Of a stretch of DNA of 24,000 bases, positions 16,054 to 21,154 are shown in pieces. Made by a program: the position numbers and the translations under genes. A model generated the notes under the pieces. The model did no database searches, was not told the DNA's origin, and was given only the letters and a program-made list of their open reading frames with translations. The stretch is from Winkia neuii subsp. neuii DSM 8576 (GTDB taxonomy: Bacteria; Actinomycetota; Actinomycetes; Actinomycetales; Actinomycetaceae), in the NCBI RefSeq assembly GCF_000420405.1, contig NZ_ATUW01000001.1, positions 5,072 to 29,071 on the forward strand. The letters are read 5' to 3'. Position 1 is the first letter of the stretch. Each line of letters starts with the position of its first letter.

Positions 16054-17427
16054 ATGAACAAACAACGCAAAGGGGTCCTCGCCCTCGCCCTTGGGACTAT
16101 AAGCGCCCTTCTGCTTGCTGGGTGTGCCGGCGCCAACGTGGGCGAACGCGGAAAGACCACCATCAACTACTGGCTTTGGGACAGTGCCCAACTGCCCGGC
16201 TACACCGCCTGCGAAAAGGCCTTCGAAAAAGAAAACCCGACCATAGACGTGCGCATCAACCAATACGGATGGGACGATTACTGGACTCAAATAACCGCCT
16301 CTATGGTGGCAGAAACCGCCCCCGACGTGTTCGTAAACCACACCCAACAAATGCCCAAATACCAGCAGCTAGGGCAAATATTGGACGTATCCGAACGCGT
16401 CAAAAAAGACGGCGTAAACCTGAGCGCCTACCAAAATGGGCTAGTCGACCTCTTCAAAGGCAAAGAAGGCAAAGGCCTCTACGGCCTGCCCAAAGACTGG
16501 GACACCGAAGGCCTCTTCTACAACGAAACCTACCTAAAAGACGCCGGTTACACCCCCGCCGACCTGTGGAACCTGACCTGGAACCCCAAAGACGGGGGTA
16601 CCTTTGAAAAATTCCTGGCCCACATGAGCGTAGACAAAAATGGCGTCCGCGGAGACGAAGAAGGCTTCGACCCCAAACACGTAGACGTCTACGGGCTCGG
16701 CTACAACGAATCCGGGGCAGGCTACGGGCAGGTGCAATGGTCTACCTTCGCCCTGGCAAACGGGTGGCGTTACAACGCCGACGAGGCAGAGGCCGGCAAG
16801 TGGATCACCAAATGGAACTACGACTCGCCCCAATTGGCCGAAACCATCAACTGGTGGAAAGGACTAATCGCCAAGGGGTACATGCCTCCTCTAGCAGCCG
16901 CCACCTCCGGGGTAGGCACCATCGAATCGCTGTCTGGAGGCAAATACGCCACCCTGATCGAAGGGGCCTGGCAAAACGCCAACATCAAACCCAAGATGGA
17001 AAAATGGGGCGTAAACGTAGCCCCCGCCCCAATCGGGCCGCACGGCTACCGCGCCTCCGTAATGAATGGCGTAGGCGACTCCATATTCGCCGGCACCAAA
17101 CACCCCAACGAAGCCTGGCAATGGGTCAAATTCATGGGCACCCCCAAATGCCAAAACCTAGTAGCCAAACAAGCAGTCGTCTTCCCCTCCCTCAAAGAAT
17201 CCAGCCAAAAAGCAATCGAAGCGGTCTCAAAGTTGGGCTACGACGCAAACGCCTACTCCACCTACCTGAAGGACAATGGACGCGCGGTCCCTTCCCCCGT
17301 AACCGCCCGGTGGGATCAACTCCAAACCATCATGCAACCGGCAATGGATGCGGTAGTAGGCGGGTCCAAACCCACCGAATCCCTAAAGGAGGCAAACAAG
17401 CAAGTAAACGCCCTCTTCAACAAGTAA
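16054..17427 (+). CDS. Carbohydrate ABC transporter solute-binding lipoprotein (CUT1 family)
   Basis: Signal peptide plus lipobox MNKQRKGVLALALGTISALLLAGCAG. The body is a typical family-1 SBP (...INYWLWDS..., ...GLPKDWDTEGLFYN..., ...PNEAWQWVKFM...). AAGGAA lies upstream of ATG 16054. Confidence 0.9.
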   Translation: MNKQRKGVLALALGTISALLLAGCAGANVGERGKTTINYWLWDSAQLPGYTACEKAFEKENPTIDVRINQYGWDDYWTQITASMVAETAPDVFVNHTQQMPKYQQLGQILDVSERVKKDGVNLSAYQNGLVDLFKGKEGKGLYGLPKDWDTEGLFYNETYLKDAGYTPADLWNLTWNPKDGGTFEKFLAHMSVDKNGVRGDEEGFDPKHVDVYGLGYNESGAGYGQVQWSTFALANGWRYNADEAEAGKWITKWNYDSPQLAETINWWKGLIAKGYMPPLAAATSGVGTIESLSGGKYATLIEGAWQNANIKPKMEKWGVNVAPAPIGPHGYRASVMNGVGDSIFAGTKHPNEAWQWVKFMGTPKCQNLVAKQAVVFPSLKESSQKAIEAVSKLGYDANAYSTYLKDNGRAVPSPVTARWDQLQTIMQPAMDAVVGGSKPTESLKEANKQVNALFNK

Positions 17428-17459
17428 ACGCCCCCCTTCACATAGTTGGCGTGCAAAAG

Positions 17460-17495
17460 GCGAGCCTGCCGGAGCACCGCGGCCGGTGGGCTCGC
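17460..17495 (+). other. Stable hairpin between the SBP gene and the GH32-like gene (possible mRNA-stabilising element or weak terminator)
   Basis: gcgagcctgccgg (17460-17472) pairs with ccggtgggctcgc (17483-17495). This gives 13 pairs including two G-U, with a 10-nt loop and no U-tract. Confidence 0.35.
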
Positions 17496-17526
17496 TCTAC
17501 ACAAACAATTGTGTTAGTCATAAAGA

Positions 17527-18771
17527 GTGAATTTTAGCGCTCATCACCCCCGTTTCCACGTTCGCCCCGAAAAAGGTTGGCTGTCGAACCCGGCAGGGTT
17601 ATACCGTTCTGCCGGCGTAACCCACATTTTCTTCCAGCACAACCCCAACTCGACAATCCGCGAGCAGGTGCACTGGGGGCACGCCGCCTCCAAAGACATG
17701 CTGAACTGGACCAACCTTCCCGAAGCCCTGCGGCCCGAGCTAGAAGGCGTCGACGACAACGGTTGCTGGGGTGGCACCGCCCTCGCCGAGGGCGACACCG
17801 TCAAGCTGGTGTACGCGGGCGTCAGCGGCGTATCAAACGGGGTATGCCAACCCATTGTGGCTACGGGCAGCCCCGACACCAAAGTGTTCACAGACAAATC
17901 CCCCGTCCAGGTCGAGGGCCGGCAGGCCGAAGCCGCCAAACTGGGTGCGCCCTGCGTGTTCGTACACGACGGCTTCCGCTATGCCATCCAGGGTGGGCAA
18001 GTTGGCGACGAGGGCGGCGTAGTAATCTACGATGCCAACGACCTAGAATCCTGGCACGAACTAGGGGTGTTCTTTAGGGCCAGCGAAGCCCCCGGAGCCC
18101 TCTCGGCCCCCAACTGGGAATTCCCTCAACTGGTGAACCAGGGTGGGCGCTGGCTATTCATCGCCTCACTGCGCCAACGCGACACATTCAAAGATAGTGT
18201 CGGCTGGGCTTTAGGCACCATCAATTTCGAGGGCGAAGTCCCCCACTTCCACGCCACTAAGGCAGGGCGCGTAGACGACGGCCCAGACTTCTTCGCCCCC
18301 AAGATCGCCACGTTGGACGGCACCCCCACCATGTTTGCGTGGGCCCCCGAATCGAAGGTCCGCCCTCTTGGCGAGGTCGCCAAAGACGGCCAAGCCGGAG
18401 CCCTGACTTTCCCAAGAACAATTAGCATCGCCGAGGGCCCGAACGGAGCTGCCCCCTACTTCGCCCCCTTCGAAGGCCTGAAGAAACTGCGCCAAGAGGA
18501 AGTAAGCCTAGAGCAGGTGCAGGCTTTGCCCGCCTGGGAGGCCGAGTTCACGTCCGGGGGCAGCATAACCGTGGGCAAACGAATCGAACTAGACGTCGAG
18601 GCGGGCGACCGAATCCTAGTTGACGCCTCCCTGGTAGAGTTCTACCCGGCGCGGGTCGGCAGGGTTCCGCACACGCAGCGCCTAGACCCCACCGCGGGCA
18701 TCAGCCTGGAGGTGCAGGGCGCCACGGCGAAATATTGGAAGTTGAGCAATGGGACGGAAACGACGGACTAA
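17527..18771 (+). CDS. GH32-fold protein (beta-fructofuranosidase/sucrose-6-P hydrolase-like) with non-canonical active-site residues
   Basis: The full-length GH32 pattern is present: HHPRFHVRPEKGW-LSNPAG (WMNDPNG block), ...HWGHAASKDMLNWTNLP..., ...CWGGTAL..., ...WEFPQLV (EC block) and the C-terminal ...DASLVEFY.... GTG 17527 is the only start upstream of the first conserved block, since an in-frame TAA lies at 17521-17523, and it has a weak SD. See the finding on its catalytic residues. Confidence 0.85.
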   Translation: MNFSAHHPRFHVRPEKGWLSNPAGLYRSAGVTHIFFQHNPNSTIREQVHWGHAASKDMLNWTNLPEALRPELEGVDDNGCWGGTALAEGDTVKLVYAGVSGVSNGVCQPIVATGSPDTKVFTDKSPVQVEGRQAEAAKLGAPCVFVHDGFRYAIQGGQVGDEGGVVIYDANDLESWHELGVFFRASEAPGALSAPNWEFPQLVNQGGRWLFIASLRQRDTFKDSVGWALGTINFEGEVPHFHATKAGRVDDGPDFFAPKIATLDGTPTMFAWAPESKVRPLGEVAKDGQAGALTFPRTISIAEGPNGAAPYFAPFEGLKKLRQEEVSLEQVQALPAWEAEFTSGGSITVGKRIELDVEAGDRILVDASLVEFYPARVGRVPHTQRLDPTAGISLEVQGATAKYWKLSNGTETTD

Positions 18772-19042
18772 CAAGTGGGCAGCGCCGGCTCGCCCTCTGC
18801 AAATGCGTCGCCTGGCATCAATGCCGCGCACCCAGGTGCGCGCCGGCAACACCTACCAAGTCCAACGCCTGCCCGCAGCCGAAAAGGAATACGTCTGCCC
18901 GGGTTGCAACAACACTATTGCAATCGGAAGCCCCCACGTTGTGGCCTGGATTACCGAGGGCGCATTCGGCCTCGACCAGGGGGTAGATTCGCGCCGGCAT
19001 TGGCACCCCTACTGCTGGAACGCAGGCACCGTAGGACGCTAG
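18749..19042 (+). CDS. Small conserved actinobacterial-type protein with CxxC...HxHxxC putative zinc-binding motif
   Basis: ...AEKEYVCPGCNNTIAIGSPHVVAW...SRRHWHPYCW... matches a small protein family I recall as widespread in Actinobacteria (function unknown). ATG 18749 has GGAAG 7 nt upstream and overlaps the GH32-like gene by 23 nt. ATG 18803 and 18821 are alternative starts. Confidence 0.65.
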   Translation: MGRKRRTNKWAAPARPLQMRRLASMPRTQVRAGNTYQVQRLPAAEKEYVCPGCNNTIAIGSPHVVAWITEGAFGLDQGVDSRRHWHPYCWNAGTVGR

Positions 19043-19102
19043 GGGTGGCCTGGCCAGGCCTAGGACGGGCGAAAACATGCGGCAAAAAATAAAATAATTT
19101 CG

Positions 19103-19127
19103 ATTATCACAGTGAATCTGATAATTT
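19103..19127 (+). promoter_or_regulatory. Candidate promoter/operator: extended -10-like TGATAATTT embedded in inverted repeat ATTATCA-N9-TGATAAT
   Basis: ATTATCA (19103-19109) and TGATAAT (19119-19125) form a perfect 7-bp inverted repeat. TG-A-TAATTT (19119-19127) fits TGnTANNNT, and GATAAT (19120-19125) is 5/6 to TATAAT. An A/T-rich tract lies upstream at 19084-19100. This is the only strongly AT-rich patch in the gap. Confidence 0.35.
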
Positions 19128-19131
19128 CTTA

Positions 19132-19239
19132 ATGTACTTGAGATTCTCTCATCTCCCGTTACACCCGCACGGATGCGGGAAGGGAACTGGGTGCTCGTGT
19201 GCAAAGACAGCGCAGAGCCAACTGTGCAAGCCGTGTTGA
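19132..19239 (+). CDS. Candidate unannotated small ORF, 35 aa, Cys/His-rich (MYLRFSHLPLHPHGCGKGTGCSCAKTAQSQLCKPC)
   Basis: Translated by hand from ATG 19132 to TGA 19237-19239. It has no SD, but its A lies 7 nt after GATAAT, giving a leaderless geometry. A strong hairpin begins 5 nt after the stop. It contains 5 Cys and 3 His, with CxC and CxxC motifs. At 35 aa it could still be a chance ORF. Confidence 0.35.
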   Translation: MYLRFSHLPLHPHGCGKGTGCSCAKTAQSQLCKPC

Positions 19240-19244
19240 GCTTT

Positions 19245-19275
19245 GCCCTGGGCAAATAGAGCCATTGCCCGGGGC
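19245..19275 (+). terminator. Strong hairpin after the candidate sORF (terminator-like, no U-tract)
   Basis: gccctgggcaa (19245-19255) pairs with ttgcccggggc (19265-19275). This gives 11 pairs including one G-U, with a 9-nt loop. It is followed by gaggctc rather than a T-run, so any terminator function is unproven. Confidence 0.35.
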
Positions 19276-19467
19276 GAGGCTCACCCATATGCCCCCAAAA
19301 GTAAACCTCTAGAAGCGGCCCCCAGGCATTTTGCCGCCCTCACACCTTTCCAAAAGAAATGGGTATTTCTAGACGTTTTAGCAGGTAAGGGGCATATTGA
19401 CTGCGTTCTAATCTTTGGGGGCTAGGGTGAGGGGCGTATAAGAGTGCCCCGGATCGGAGATTGGAAG

Positions 19468-19950
19468 ATGTCAGTTTTTGATTTCACCGTAAAAGCCGCC
19501 AACGGAAGTGACTACGACCTTTCTCAGCACCAGGGAAAAGTCTTGCTGATTGTAAATACTGCTTCTAAGTGTGGTTTCACCCCGCAGCTGGAAGAGCTGC
19601 AGCGCCTGCACGAAAAATATGCCGACAAGGGCCTGGTCATTCTCGGTTTTCCCTGCAACCAGTTCGCAAATCAGGATCCCGGATCTAACGACGAAATTCA
19701 GAGCTTTTGCAAACTCAACTACGGCGTCACCTTCCCCGTGCTAGCAAAAATAGAGGTAAATGGGCGCAACACCGAGCCACTATTCGAATATTTGAAGTCT
19801 GAAACGGGTGGAATATTTGCCGCAATAAAGTGGAATTTCACCAAATTCTTAGTTGGGCGCGACGGGCGGGTAATTCACCGGTACGCTCCCACCACTAAGC
19901 CCGCTTCTTTCGAGGGCGCAATCGAGCAGGCGCTGCAAAGCCAGGCATAA
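19468..19950 (+). CDS. gpx: Glutathione peroxidase family protein (Cys-type, BtuE/Gpx-like)
   Basis: GPx signatures NTASKCGFT, LGFPCNQFANQDPG and WNFTKFLVGRDG. ATG 19468 (MSVFDF...) is preceded by GGAGA. The track start at 19444 is rejected. Confidence 0.93.
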   Translation: MSVFDFTVKAANGSDYDLSQHQGKVLLIVNTASKCGFTPQLEELQRLHEKYADKGLVILGFPCNQFANQDPGSNDEIQSFCKLNYGVTFPVLAKIEVNGRNTEPLFEYLKSETGGIFAAIKWNFTKFLVGRDGRVIHRYAPTTKPASFEGAIEQALQSQA

Positions 19951-20098
19951 TTTCCCCCGGTTTTGGCCCCACGGACTTTAGGGGCCTTCAGCGGGCGAGG
20001 CCAGGGGACGAAGCCAAGGGACGGGCGCTCAGAGGTAGGGGCTGCGCTGCCGGCGCTTCGGCAAGGCGCCCATCGCCCATTCTTGATAAGTTTTTCTT

Positions 20099-21154
20099 AT
20101 GGGAAAAACCACCGTCGAACCTTCTACTTCCACCTCTATTTTGCAGCCAATTCAACCGGTCCAGGACGCGGTGATAAAAGCCAGCGACCTAACTAAGGTT
20201 TATGGGCGAGGTTCCAACCAGGTGGTGGCCCTAGACCATGTCGATGTGCAGATTGAGCGGGGGCGCTTTACCGCCATAATGGGCCCATCCGGTTCAGGTA
20301 AGTCCACGTTGATGCACTGCCTCGCCGGCCTCGACCGTGCTTCAGGCGGCAAAATAATGCTCGACGATATTGAGGTAACTCGCTTGACCCAAGCTAGGCT
20401 CACCAAGCTTCGGCGCGACCGCATTGGCTTCATTTTCCAGTCTTTCAACCTAATTCCCACGCTGAGCGCCGCCGAAAATATTACGCTGCCGGCCGATGTC
20501 GCCCACCGCAAACTCGACCCGGAGCGTTTCAACACGGTGGTCGACCAGATGGGCCTGCGCGAGCGCCTCTCCCACCGTCCCGCCGAGCTTTCTGGCGGGC
20601 AGCAACAAAGGGTTGCTTGCGCTCGCGCCCTGGTTGGCGATCCTGCCGTTGTTTTTGCCGACGAACCTACCGGGAACTTGGATTCGACCTCGACTCGGCA
20701 GGTGTTAGACCGCCTGCGCGGAGCCGTCGATTCGTTCGGCCAGACCGTGGTTATGGTTACCCACGAACCCGATGCAGCCGCCTACGCCGACCGCGTCCTG
20801 TTTTTGGTAGATGGCAAGGTGGTCGCCCAGCTAGAGGATCCGAATCCGGATTCGGTTTTAGATGCCTTGCGCGAACTCAATTCTGCCGAGGCCGCGGCCC
20901 AGCCGCCCACCACCGACACCGAGCTGCCTGCCACCGACACCGAGCTGCCTGGCACAGACTCCCAGCCTCCCAGCACCAAAGCGCAGCCAGAGCAAAACCA
21001 CGGGGGCGAGGGCGCCCAGGGAACTGACGAGCCGGTTACGCGCGGCGGCTCCCACGTTGCCACTAGGGAAGTAGACGCTCCGCCGCACCCAACCCCGCCC
21101 ACGGGCGAAATTCCATTGGCCTTCCCCCCACGTGCGCAGCGGAAGAACAAGTGA
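20099..21154 (+). CDS. ABC transporter ATP-binding protein (MacB/LolD-type) with about 100-aa low-complexity C-terminal extension
   Basis: Walker A GPSGSGKST, signature LSGGQQQRVACARAL, Walker B VVFADEPTGNLD and H-loop VMVTHEP. Its stop overlaps the permease start (GTGATG at 21151-21156). Confidence 0.9.
   Translation: MGKTTVEPSTSTSILQPIQPVQDAVIKASDLTKVYGRGSNQVVALDHVDVQIERGRFTAIMGPSGSGKSTLMHCLAGLDRASGGKIMLDDIEVTRLTQARLTKLRRDRIGFIFQSFNLIPTLSAAENITLPADVAHRKLDPERFNTVVDQMGLRERLSHRPAELSGGQQQRVACARALVGDPAVVFADEPTGNLDSTSTRQVLDRLRGAVDSFGQTVVMVTHEPDAAAYADRVLFLVDGKVVAQLEDPNPDSVLDALRELNSAEAAAQPPTTDTELPATDTELPGTDSQPPSTKAQPEQNHGGEGAQGTDEPVTRGGSHVATREVDAPPHPTPPTGEIPLAFPPRAQRKNK
20911..20952 (+). repeat. 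21-bp in-frame tandem repeat x2 (caccgacaccgagctgcctgc / ...tgg), with a degenerate third unit up to about 20974
   Basis: Read directly from the sequence, 20/21 identical. It encodes TDTELPA-TDTELPG-(TDSQPP) in the ATPase tail. Confidence 0.9.

Noticed and set aside
16737-17537. 266-aa +strand ORF out of frame with the solute-binding protein gene
   Set aside because: The product is extremely Arg/His/Gln-rich and implausible. The SBP frame has a lipoprotein signal and family-typical sequence throughout.
19047-19060. Perfect 14-bp palindrome ggcctggccaggcc right after the small CxxC gene stop, considered as a terminator
   Set aside because: As RNA it can form only a 5-bp stem with a 4-nt loop, and no U-tract follows directly. 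The evidence is insufficient to call a terminator.
19180-19260. Possible riboswitch (ZTP/pfl-like ...CCUGGGCA... element) or another known structured RNA (SRP, 6S, tmRNA, RNase P) in the gap
   Set aside because: Only the short CCTGGGCA string resembles the ZTP 3' element. The 5' sub-domain consensus is absent and the downstream gene (gpx) is not a ZTP-regulon gene. No conserved cores of SRP, tmRNA or RNase P RNA were seen.
18818-19288. 156-aa minus-strand ORF spanning the small CxxC gene and part of the 425-bp gap
   Set aside because: It is antisense to a conserved-looking small protein gene. It has no motifs and no SD, and its composition is typical of a spurious ORF.
19243-19425. 60-aa +strand ORF (non-ATG start) in the gap upstream of gpx
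   Set aside because: It starts inside the strong hairpin, has no SD or promoter geometry, and its sequence is not protein-like. The 35-codon ORF just upstream has much better contextual support.
19963-20196. 77-aa +strand ORF overlapping the start of the ABC ATPase gene
   Set aside because: It is out of frame with, and overlaps, a well-supported gene start. The product is Gly/Arg-rich junk.
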